Positions 26,893 through 37,124 of a stretch of 64,000 bases of DNA are shown here, piece after piece. The notes under the pieces are model-generated. The model saw only the letters and a program-made list of their open reading frames with translations, was not told the DNA's origin and made no database searches. This stretch comes from Schizochytrium sp. TIO01 (lineage: Eukaryota > Protista > Bigyra: Labyrinthulomycetes). The translations under genes and the position numbers were made by a program. Every line of letters starts with the position of its first letter. Positions within the stretch are counted from its first letter, which is position 1. Where the stretch lies: NCBI GenBank assembly GCA_004764695.1, contig SMSO01000014.1, positions 3,591,648 to 3,655,647 of the forward strand, given 5' to 3'.

Positions 26893-28104
26893 TTAAATAC
26901 CTAGGAAATGGCGGGCTTTTCCAACGCCTTTATCCGGATGGATAATTTTACGAGAGAATTCGTCAGAAAAGATGACACCATTGCCCTCTGTCACACCTTC
27001 AGTCTCTCCAATATATAGAGAAAGGTGCGCAGAAGAGTTGACACGTGTTGCTTGACCCTTGCAGGCTAAAATAAAAGATAGAGGAATCGAATACCAAGGA
27101 TTTTCAGTGCGAGGTTCATAAACTGCGGAACCACCCATGATATTCTCTACAACTACACGAGCATGGGCATGGGCGCACTTAGCCTGTTTGAAATCACCTG
27201 TCTCCGCAACGTCGCCAATCGCATAGACATTGCTCGGCCCCCCTTCGATACGGAGCGCAGGTGTGACTCTGACTTCACCTGTGTTTTGATTCAGCCAATC
27301 TCTAGGAAGCATTTTCATAGTTGACTCGTTGGGCAGACAGCCAACTGTGAAAATAATTATAGCATCAGGGTGACGTTTAGCGACCTCCTCTTGACTGAGG
27401 CGACCTTCTCCCAGATGGACTTTGATTCCCATTTCCTCCATCTTTTCCTTGCAACGTTCAGAAAATTCATCCGAGACAGCTGGTTTTGCAGAGCTAAGCA
27501 GCTTAGTGCTCGAATGGTAAAGCTGAACATCCTTGCTTGGGTGCGTTGCCTTAATCTGTGATGCGGATTCGATTCCTAAGGCCCCGCCTCCAATTACAAC
27601 GATCGAGTGAGCAGCAGCAATTCGAGCTTGCTCATTGCGGAGAAAAGAAAGCATTTCATCCTTTGACAATCCTTGATCCGGAAGTTGACCATAACCATGC
27701 TTCATGCCCATGGCCAGTACGAGACTATCGTATCTAACTGACTCAGTTGATCCGTCTGGGAGACGAACCTCAACAGACTGATTTGAGGGTTCGACCTTTG
27801 TTACTTCTCCTTGTAGAAAAGTGGACGTTTTGCGTTTGAGGACCTTATTGAGGGGAATAACAGCCACGTTTTCATATCCAGGCTTAACGCAAGCTCGACT
27901 CCCGCCAATTTTGTGAAAGAACATTGCGTTTCGCTCGATTAGAGTTACATCAATTCCTTTAGTCTCAAGCTCATGGCTCGCTGCAATTCCACCATAGCCA
28001 CCACCAATTACAATAACTCGCATCGAGCCTTGAGCTAGCACATTATCTTGTACCTGTGCGACATCCTCGTCCGTGACTTTCGTTGAGACTTCTTGGCTTA
28101 CCAT
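26893..28104 (-). CDS. AIFM2/FSP1-like FAD/NAD(P)H-dependent oxidoreductase
   Basis: Two Rossmann motifs (VIVIGGGYGG, IVVIGGGALGIE), FFHKIGGSRACV, YDSLVLAMG and NVYAIGDV, all typical of the AIFM2/AMID family. Confidence 0.85.
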   Translation of the reverse strand: MVSQEVSTKVTDEDVAQVQDNVLAQGSMRVIVIGGGYGGIAASHELETKGIDVTLIERNAMFFHKIGGSRACVKPGYENVAVIPLNKVLKRKTSTFLQGEVTKVEPSNQSVEVRLPDGSTESVRYDSLVLAMGMKHGYGQLPDQGLSKDEMLSFLRNEQARIAAAHSIVVIGGGALGIESASQIKATHPSKDVQLYHSSTKLLSSAKPAVSDEFSERCKEKMEEMGIKVHLGEGRLSQEEVAKRHPDAIIIFTVGCLPNESTMKMLPRDWLNQNTGEVRVTPALRIEGGPSNVYAIGDVAETGDFKQAKCAHAHARVVVENIMGGSAVYEPRTENPWYSIPLSFILACKGQATRVNSSAHLSLYIGETEGVTEGNGVIFSDEFSRKIIHPDKGVGKARHFLGI

Positions 28105-29814
28105 CCTTCTGAAAACCACCAAAATGGTGTCTGCTCTAGCCGTACTAGACGTTAATTCAAAGTTATATTGTTGTCAACACGTTTTGGGTTTGCCGAGAAG
28201 TGCTTCTCAACTTGAGTATCGTATTTTCGATGAATGTAACTACAACCCCTCCTACAATTCTACTTTTGTTTTCTTTCATTGAAAAAAAAATGTGTTAGCT
28301 CAAGCTCCTGTAATCAACAGAATTTATTCAGAACTTGGTCGGCAGTATAAGTAGGTACCTCGCTGATAATAACTTCACGGGAAAGCCACTTCAAATTGAA
28401 TTAAGGCCATGTTTGCCGCTCGTTTGAGCCACGGTCAAGCGTGAAGTTAAGGCTCACTGCTCTACTCTTGCTCTCAAGCTTGAAGTTGGTTCCCGCAAAA
28501 AGTGTATCAATCGTATTATATCCACACATCCTGGTGGTGCTGATCCACAGGTTCATGAACAAACCGACCCTCCGCCACGAGATATGAGCCCTTCAGAATA
28601 CACCCTTTGACACACCATGACTACAACTGCACGCTCATTGCTGTGCTGCTCGACCTTAAATTGAACCCTGGTCGTACTCTGCACGTGCTAAGGGACTGAT
28701 CAGAACACACATTCTGAATGTTCCTAGAGAACAAAGAAGACGCATCTGTGGAAAAGCAGCCAATATACTTGAACGAGTTGGCCCACTAGCAAATTCTGTT
28801 TTCATGTCAATGTGTAGAAACGTTGGTACTGTGTGTTTTTTTCGCCATGCCATCCGAGCCTTCTCCAATTTTGCTTCAGAAATCGCACAAGCGCCCCTTC
28901 CTTGGAAGATGCCAGTGGTTTATAATTCAAAGCAAGCTCTAGCACTGTTGTCGCACACTCATACACTATCAACGCAAGTGGTGATTGTTACCTTCGTATA
29001 TTCTGTTCCAAAATATGTACTAGGTAATTGATGTAAACTGTTGCACGAAGACCATACAGAGACCCAGAGGTCAAGTTTCCAAGCATGGTTTCCCTCATCC
29101 GGCTGCGGTTATGTCTAGGACACGGGTTCGTCTCAACTTTGATATCTTTGCAATATAATCCTTCGTTCACTGCCGGACCAAACGGAGTCCGCCCGTCCGT
29201 ACAACCTTTTTGGGTGCACACCCACGGCCTAGATAGATAAAGTGCATCATTGTCCCTATTCTGCTGGCAGAGGTGTGCAGGCTCTGCAGTAGAGCCTCCA
29301 GATGAGTGAAGAGAGGCGATGTTTATCAGCAGCGTGACTACCGACCGAGTTGACGTCGCAAGAACTTGGGTAGCTAACTCAAAATAAACTTGCTCAATTT
29401 ATTTTTGAGTGCATAATTAGGTGGCTTGAATATGAAATAGTTTGTGTGTGTAATATATTGGCTGAGACTTATCTATCTGCAAAATGCAACCATCACATAG
29501 TATTGGTTTCGTGCGTCGTTATTGCATTTGTTTACCCATACTCATACTCATAGGCATACTTGTACTCAAAAGGGCATCACTAATTTCTGTTCTTGTATAG
29601 AGCAATCTCGATCATGCGAATTGAATAAAACGTAAAAAATGCGTCGCATCTCTCTTTTGTGAAACAGGCGTCATGTTTGTGTTCTATTTTTCCCAAAACG
29701 TTGTATTTGAAGGTAACATACCAATTCTTGAAAGGAAGCGAAGTTATAGTTTGTTGGAGTGTTATATATAAGGAGCTCCAGTGTCTTATTCTGGTCACAA
29801 ATATACAAATGTAT

Positions 29815-31044
29815 TTACGTAGAATTATGATAATGAAAAGTGGAAAGAACCAGTTGTATTGCAGAATCATAGCGAGAATTAAAATCCGGATACGCCTCAT
29901 AAGACACAACGAGATCACAACTGTACGCCATAGCAATTATTCGAGCTACAATATCAGGCGCGAGACGCACAGAGAGAGCTGTGTAACATGACTTCATTGC
30001 CTCAAACAGTTGTACTGCAGGATCAACCAGAGACACTTTGTATACCTCCATCCATTTTTTTGCAGCAGATGAGATAGGCCTGCCAACCAAAACCTGCCTT
30101 CGAACTGTGTCTGATACATATCGCTGAATTGGCCTGCACCGAAGCAGCTCATGCAAGCAAGGCTCTTGGTACTCCAGGTCGAGCAAATTCAGGCCTACAA
30201 GAAATAAATCCGGTTTTCGTAGAAATGCTTGTAGAAGCTGAACATGACCTATTTTACAAGCTTCAATAATGAAATCGTGTGCTCGATAAAGAGGCAAATC
30301 TGACCGTGGATCTTGAATGAGCACATGCACGACGTCAACATGTCTATTCATTGCTGCTTTCTGACACGCGCGACTTCTAAACTCACTAGGGTCAGCTCCA
30401 TGCTTTAAGAGCAGTTTGACACACTCCACGCTCCCATTTTCAGACGCAAGGCGAAGAGCACCTCCAAGATTATGATCATCAAAAGTTCCAGGTCTAGATT
30501 CGAGAAGTTCTTTGCATATATCAAAGCAACCAGACTTGGCTGCAAAACGCAGTGCGCCACTTTGGTTTGCGTCAACATCTAACTCAAGTAAGAATCGCAC
30601 TGGTTCAAGCTGCCCATTTCCAGCGCTATCTCGAAGTGCTGAAGATTGTAAGCAACCAGGATGAATGATTAGAGGGAAGGTCCCGAGAAGAATTTTCATT
30701 GCCTCGACCCGACCTGATATTGCTGCCTCGCAAAAGATCTTTTCTAAACCTCGCACTTTACAAAGTTCCGGAAGCCCAGCCTCCTGCAATATATTTAGAG
30801 AATCTTGGGCCCATTCTGGTGTATTCAAATTTAAGTTCTCTACAGCCACCTGTATGTTATCCATATCTTCATCCACCTCATGAAGCTCCAACTCCGCAGT
30901 ATCGACTGACACTTCCTCCCTAGCATCAGAATCTTTCTGAGCTTTTCGAGGCTTCATCCTCGCAGCTCGGGCACGGCAGTAGTCTTCTAAAGATTGTTTA
31001 AGCCATTTCTCAGACTCTGATGTCTCTACGACGAAGGACTCCAT
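29815..31044 (-). CDS. Ankyrin-repeat protein
   Basis: Repeats ALRDSAGNGQLEPVRFLLE, ALRFAAKSGCFDICKELLE, ALRLASENGSVECVKLLLKHGADP and ACQKAAMNRHVDVVHVLI. Confidence 0.88.
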   Translation of the reverse strand: MESFVVETSESEKWLKQSLEDYCRARAARMKPRKAQKDSDAREEVSVDTAELELHEVDEDMDNIQVAVENLNLNTPEWAQDSLNILQEAGLPELCKVRGLEKIFCEAAISGRVEAMKILLGTFPLIIHPGCLQSSALRDSAGNGQLEPVRFLLELDVDANQSGALRFAAKSGCFDICKELLESRPGTFDDHNLGGALRLASENGSVECVKLLLKHGADPSEFRSRACQKAAMNRHVDVVHVLIQDPRSDLPLYRAHDFIIEACKIGHVQLLQAFLRKPDLFLVGLNLLDLEYQEPCLHELLRCRPIQRYVSDTVRRQVLVGRPISSAAKKWMEVYKVSLVDPAVQLFEAMKSCYTALSVRLAPDIVARIIAMAYSCDLVVSYEAYPDFNSRYDSAIQLVLSTFHYHNST

Positions 31045-32152
31045 CGTTCGGAACTTTGTAGATACCTAGGCACGTCAGAACAAAGCTTCTAAATTTGATC
31101 TTTGTGATGCAATCGCACCTGGAAAGCCTCCAAGCCCGCCTCGGTTCTGAAATGTGTTTTTGATACCTTTTTGAAGGTGTGACCGACAGCCGACGAAGCA
31201 GAGTGATTAGATCAACTCCAGTCGTGTACAGTCTGACAGACCTTATGCAAAGCACCCTTTGAGTTTCTGTTGGGATGTTTTGGTGAGTATGAAGTCAATT
31301 TTTGGCATCAGTTCATGAACTTGGTTTTATAATTTATAATTTTTATTATAATAGAAAGTAATTATTATTTTAACTTAAAAAGACCAAAGAAAAAAGAGAG
31401 AGGCTCGGGTGAAAACCTTGTTATTCAATCGAGTTCAAACTTCTTTTTTTGTTGATAGGGTTGCCGCGAACGATAGGTTGGTTTGTCCTCTATTACGCTA
31501 TCCTTTCTCCATGAATGGCGAATCATACGGAGATGAACTTCATAGGAATCAATTTTCTCTTGAATTTTTTAAAAATTAAAAAGAAGGGGTGTACTCGCTA
31601 AATTATTTCGTTATCCCGAGACCTTTCGCTTTTGATAGGTTTCATCCTGCATATTATCTGCTCAAACCAACATGGCTTCACTCAATCGCCCTAAGGACTA
31701 TCTTCGTAGTACCACGGTAATGTAGGTCGTACCAATTTACAGTTTGTCGTCATCATTATCAATATTATTATCATCTCCAGTTTCATGCTCATCGTCATTG
31801 TTATCAACAACATCAGAGTTCAGGCGCTATACCTTATTTGCAACTCAATTTGTTCTATTTGTGTCTAGTTTGTTCCACTTAGACAGTGGGATACTCCACT
31901 TTAAGTCCCGAATAAGCTACTATACGGACCGCGGAACCTCTCTGGCTTCTCCGCGCCTTCAATAGGAGCGCTTCATTCATTGTCGATTTCAATGAAGTTA
32001 TTAGCCACTCCGGCACTTCGTGAACACCTCGCGGCGTGAACTGTGGCAGTGCTGCGGTCCGCGAAGCCGAAGAAGTCGTTGTTGTGTGATCAGTCTGGTT
32101 CTGAGCGTCGGCAAAAGCCTCATAGGCAACAGAGGCCTAAGACTTAGGAGAC

Positions 32153-32800
32153 ATGTTCTTTGAGGATGACGAAGAGCAGCAGCTCGACGCAGACCTTGAA
32201 GGCGAGCAATTCACCGTGCCTAGTCTCCGCGAGCTGTGCAAACGGTACTTAGTGACGCATTTGCGAGATTACGAATCTAAACCTTTGCTTTTGCCTGATA
32301 TTGCGGTCGAAGAACTTCTGAAAATTGCGGGATCTCGAGTTACTCCGGGCTTTCTGCGCAGGCTGGATGACGACCGAGAAGGCGATAAAAGCTTTCGCAC
32401 TATTCTTGAGCCATATTGGGAGCGACTCTGTAAACAGCAGTTCCGTACGAGCTGGGAAACGGTGCTCAAGTCTCACAATACATGGAGACGGAGGTATCGT
32501 CATCTGGAAAAGGATCTCAAGAAACGAATGAAAGCGACAGAACGTCTCGCTGAAAAACGGAAGCGACAGGACGAGAAATCACGGCAGGCGAAGCGAGTAA
32601 AGTCGATATCGATGAATAGCGTGCGAGTACCTTCAGCCGCACAGCTTCAGGACGGCTTCATGAATCCTGGTGTATCTTACGCCCGGTCGTCGCAGCCTCG
32701 TCGGCAGCGCACCGCTCGGCCTCCTGAAGATCGACTTGGAAAGGTATTTCGACTTGCTGGTAAGAGCTCCAAACTCATTCGGGCCAAACCTACGCGCTAA
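32153..32800 (+). CDS. Elongin A-like protein (compact, BC-box + Elongin A domain)
   Basis: BC-box-like VPSLRELCKRYL, followed by EPYWERLCKQQF and TWRRRYRHL...KR helices typical of the Elongin A domain; basic C-terminus. Confidence 0.7.
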   Translation: MFFEDDEEQQLDADLEGEQFTVPSLRELCKRYLVTHLRDYESKPLLLPDIAVEELLKIAGSRVTPGFLRRLDDDREGDKSFRTILEPYWERLCKQQFRTSWETVLKSHNTWRRRYRHLEKDLKKRMKATERLAEKRKRQDEKSRQAKRVKSISMNSVRVPSAAQLQDGFMNPGVSYARSSQPRRQRTARPPEDRLGKVFRLAGKSSKLIRAKPTR

Positions 32801-33628
32801 AAATATCAAAGCATGTGTGGTCTTGTGATGAATGTGCAATGTATTTATACCTATGTGTCACTATGTAGGATAAATTGGGCGTTTGTATTCTTATTATCTA
32901 CCCTTTACGCTCTTTTCCTTCGAAAACCCTTGTGTTTCAAAAGCCCTGCCCGTAGCAGTCATCATTATGGAAGTAGTTGTCATTAAATGTGTATTGAAGC
33001 CCTTGCTTTGGTAGCTCTTATCATAATCACTTATCGTAATTTACAAATTTGCCGCGTTTCTCATTACTTTTTTTGTCGCAATGTATTAGTTGTTGCTTGC
33101 TTCACTAAATGTCTCATTTCCTCCTTTAATGTAGGAATCGTAAAATATATTATCAAATAACGATAGTTGAAGGAAATCTCGGGGGAAAAATGTATGCTTT
33201 ATATTGTTAATCAATGTTCCTAACTTATCTATCTTCGAATATATATAATTTAAAGAACATCTGTTATACACTGTACTGCAGGCGAATTAACACTCGGAAG
33301 ATTGTCTTCTTCTCCACATTTTTTCCAATCTGAATATTCCTCCCTTAATGATGGGTGGGAAGGGGAGATTGTGTAAAATGAAGAAGCTTTAGTTCATGGT
33401 CGCTTCTGACTTTTAAAATATAATTCAATTTTTTTATTTTAAATATTAAAAAAGAGTCTTCAACGGCAATCTATTAACAGAGGTTCGAAGCAGTTTGAAA
33501 ATCTTCGAGAGCGCAAGAGTTTCCAAAGTCCAACGTCAGAGAACGCTAGGAGACACGTCTTTACCAAACGTGAGTTTGTCTGGCAAACTTCATATTTCAG
33601 TTTGTTGTTTGGCGAGACGGTCCACAAC

Positions 33629-35260
33629 ATGGAGGCAAGTACTCCTGTGGCATTGGTAGACGAACTGCCAGAATTATTGCAGCGGGCTCGTGAATGCTCT
33701 CTTTTGGGGGACTACGACCGTGGAGAACAACTTCTTGCAGATGCTCAAGGACTTGCAGAGAACCAGGTGGCTTCATGTAAAGAAATTGTGGCGCAGAGAT
33801 TAACAGATCCCAGTTCGGACTTTGCAGATGACGACAGCCTCAGTGCGAAGGAACGCGAGGCCAAAAGAGGCCTTGCTTCATGGGAATCAGTTCTGAGTGC
33901 AATTTTACAGGAGAAGGCACTCGTGGGCACTCTTAAAAGCCTAATTGATGGGAAGTTCACAAAAGCAGCACCAACTACAACGCCAGCATCTGACCGACAT
34001 GGGACAGAGGCTCGAAGTTCCGGACATAATGACGAGCCAGCTCCAGTATGGCGCCAGCAAAGTGACGCAACACCAACAAGACCTCTTTCCGGACGAGTAA
34101 ACCGATCACGAGTCGCAAATTCAAGACCACGACAGTCAGTGGGGGGTCGAAGTAGCCACTCTAGCCACTCTAGCAAAACACCGGGCCAATCGAGACGTGA
34201 TGCAGGAGTTGATCGAAGTGCGGGAGGAGGGCGGCCCAGGCGCAAGCGAACTCCAGGAACAGATAAATCAAGTGGAAGTGATCAAAAATCATACGTGGAG
34301 GCTATGGAAGGTAGCCCTGATATTGAACTGATCAAGCAAATTGAATCAACGATGTTAACTCACAAGCTTGATGTGAAGTTTGACGACATTGCTGGACTTC
34401 AAGGTGCACAACGAGTTTTGCAAGAAGCAGTGCTTTATCCACAGATTATGCCGCAGTATTATAAAGGAATTCGCCGTCCTTGGAAAGGCGTATTGCTTTT
34501 TGGGCCTCCTGGCACTGGCAAGACCATGCTTGCCAGAGCTATAGCTTCTGAGTGTGATACTTGCTTCTTTAATGTTGCAAGTTCATCGCTGACTTCTAAA
34601 TGGCGTGGTGAGAGTGAAAAAATGGTAAGCATCCTCTTTGACATGGCCCGATACTACGCCCCTTCAACGATATTCTTTGATGAGGTAGACTCGATTGCAT
34701 CAACTCGTGGAGGTAGTACTGAGCACGAAGCAAGCCGACGGGTCAAGTCAGAGTTACTTACTCAAATGGACGGAATTTCTGATGAGTCTGAGAAAACAGT
34801 AATCGTTTTAGCAGCAACAAATTTACCATGGGACCTTGATGATGCGATTCGCCGGCGTTTAGAAAAGCGTATATACATTCCACTTCCTGATGCCGGTGGA
34901 CGTTGTGAGCTCTTCAAACTCGCCACGCGGTCGGTGGAGCTGGAGAACGACGTCGACTTTGATGCACTTGCTGATGCAAGTGAAGGTTACAGTGGTGCCG
35001 ATATTTCTAATGTATGCACGGAGGCATCCATGATGCCTGTGCGAAGGATAGTAGAGCAAGCCACACGTGAGGTACGAGCTGCAGGAGGCGGCCTTCGCCA
35101 GGAAATTAAACGGCTTAAGGAAATTGGACAGTCGGAGTCTAATAGCGCGCCTGTAACCCAACAAGATTTTTTATCTGCACTTGAAAATGTACAAAGCTCA
35201 GTTGGTGATCGTGACCTGTCCAAATATCAAGAGTGGATGGAAACATATGGAGCTCTATAA
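33629..35260 (+). CDS. KATNA1: Katanin p60 ATPase-containing subunit A1
   Basis: N-terminal MIT-like ARECSLLGDYD; GIRRPWKGVLLFGPPGTGKTMLARA, TSKWRGESEKMV, YAPSTIFFDEVDS, EHEASRRVKSELL, RRRLEKRIYIPLP; Vps4_C-like end. First ATG 33629. Confidence 0.93.
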   Translation: MEASTPVALVDELPELLQRARECSLLGDYDRGEQLLADAQGLAENQVASCKEIVAQRLTDPSSDFADDDSLSAKEREAKRGLASWESVLSAILQEKALVGTLKSLIDGKFTKAAPTTTPASDRHGTEARSSGHNDEPAPVWRQQSDATPTRPLSGRVNRSRVANSRPRQSVGGRSSHSSHSSKTPGQSRRDAGVDRSAGGGRPRRKRTPGTDKSSGSDQKSYVEAMEGSPDIELIKQIESTMLTHKLDVKFDDIAGLQGAQRVLQEAVLYPQIMPQYYKGIRRPWKGVLLFGPPGTGKTMLARAIASECDTCFFNVASSSLTSKWRGESEKMVSILFDMARYYAPSTIFFDEVDSIASTRGGSTEHEASRRVKSELLTQMDGISDESEKTVIVLAATNLPWDLDDAIRRRLEKRIYIPLPDAGGRCELFKLATRSVELENDVDFDALADASEGYSGADISNVCTEASMMPVRRIVEQATREVRAAGGGLRQEIKRLKEIGQSESNSAPVTQQDFLSALENVQSSVGDRDLSKYQEWMETYGAL

Positions 35261-35538
35261 ACGATGTAATTAAGGCACATTTTTCCATACGTGGATTATT
35301 ATTATTTTTTAAAGCCCACTAAATTCATAGGAAAATGTAGCGATTTGTTTATCTTTTTATATTCTTTTCAAACTGTACCTAGGCTAGATCAGGGCGGAAA
35401 GGCCAAAGAGAACGATTAATACAACATGCAAAGATACAGCCGAAGCTTGTCTCTACGCACAATAAAAGGGCCACACCTGTTCTGTCCTGTGAAAGCATCG
35501 CCTGAGGAAAGAATAACTTTAACCAGTTGCACTTAAAT

Positions 35539-36009
35539 TTAGTGCGAGTGCTCCTTAACTACGGCAAGTGCTTCGTCACCAAGAACGCCACCTTGCCATT
35601 CCTTGCACTTCGTCCAGGAGCTAGCAGCCTTGACCACTTCTTCAAACTGAATGCTAATCTGGTTGCGACCTCCCTCCTCAATGAGCCGAGGGATAGAGGC
35701 TCCAAAAATGACACGTGAAACTCCACTCCAAACAATTGCTGTAGCGCACATTGTGCATGGTTCACTGCTGGTGTATAGCGTAGTGCCTTCAAGATCCGCG
35801 ACATCATCAGGCAGAGCGTGCTGAGCAATTCGCAGGCAGTTCATTTCAGCATGACGAGTGCAATCGCGATCCTGTATCGAAGTGTTATGAGCCTTTGCAA
35901 GAACCTTGCCATTGGCATCCACAATAAGTGATCCAAAAGGGTAGTCTCCAAGCTCAGACTCTTTGATGGCCTCTGCCATGAAAGTTTCATCCTCTTGAGT
36001 AATCTTCAT
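35539..36009 (-). CDS. Zinc-dependent nucleoside deaminase (cytidine deaminase-like superfamily; GuaD/TadA-like)
   Basis: PFGSLIV, HAE and LYTSSEPCTMC zinc-binding motifs; 156 aa, single exon. Confidence 0.88.
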   Translation of the reverse strand: MKITQEDETFMAEAIKESELGDYPFGSLIVDANGKVLAKAHNTSIQDRDCTRHAEMNCLRIAQHALPDDVADLEGTTLYTSSEPCTMCATAIVWSGVSRVIFGASIPRLIEEGGRNQISIQFEEVVKAASSWTKCKEWQGGVLGDEALAVVKEHSH

Positions 36010-37124
36010 CTTCTCTTGCAAAGTGCAGTTGAACTTGGTTACGTCACGTTTTCTCAGGAAACTCCAAACACGAAGCCCAAACCTGTCGTGGCCTTTGCCG
36101 AACTGCCTCTCACGCGCACGGCTTGATTACATTCAAATATCTGCCGCCCTTTAAGTGGAAGTAGTGAGGTAGATACCAAGGTACGTATTTATTTACGACA
36201 TGCACTTTGATACAAATGTGACTCTTGAGTTGTCGTACCATGATTCCTACGTAAGTACCTAACCTACTAAGGTACATCATCCGAGTCATGAAAAAGTCTG
36301 CGGAACCCATAGCTAGACGGGGAACCCAGTTGCAGAACGCAAATTTAGACGGGGAACCCGGGGTTTTGCTTGGGCGAGATATCCGTTCGCAGTTCAGGGG
36401 TGAGTGAACACGAAGTGCCAAAATAAGCGGAGGAGTGGTGTGAGAAGAGTGAAAAATTACATGTGACATATGTGATAATGACGGAAAGTAGATGTCATTT
36501 AGAGAGAGGAGTTGTGGTTATTGGGTGTGGAAGGGTTTGGGAACGGCTGCTGCTTGAGAACGGTAGACTGAGACGCTGCAGGTGCTGCGGTTAGTTCTGG
36601 TTTTGGAATTCTGAGTTTGCATCTAAAAACGCAGATTAAGTTTCGCTTCCTTGGATGGCCTGAGCAGTGATCATATTTAGGAGTGTAATAGGCGTGCAGG
36701 GTATATGAGAACCGGGTTGGCGTGGGAGTAGAAAAGCTGCATGCTTGCTTGCAATTGTCAAATCGGAAGATAGAGATTCTGGATGGTTGCTTCAAAGAAG
36801 GACAAACTTTACAGTTGTTAATCCGCAGTCAAGCGAACGACAAGTTCACTGCTACCCCAAGCCTTGACAAAGTCGCAAGACAAGCATTAGGTAGGAAAGG
36901 CTTCTCCTGTATATATATACCTAGCTCAAGCCAAACCCCACAGAGATAGCTCGTAAGAGAACGCAAGTTTGCAGTTGCTGAATTGTACGCAGCAGCAGAA
37001 CTCAAGCCGTGGCGTGCTACATAAACGTGCTGTGGTTGTGGTAGAACTTGACTATAAGTGAACTTGGAAATATCTGATTGGTGCGCCATCTGCGCGTCTT
37101 GGGGCCCGAAGCTTCTCGATAAGC

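Noticed and set aside
28300-29400. 1.1 kb intergenic region with several 70-77 aa ORFs
   Set aside because: No consistent frame, splice pattern or motif.
33461-33467. CAACGG (MSA-like 3R-MYB site) upstream of katanin and AACGG upstream of the DSN1-like gene
   Set aside because: Single short matches are expected by chance.
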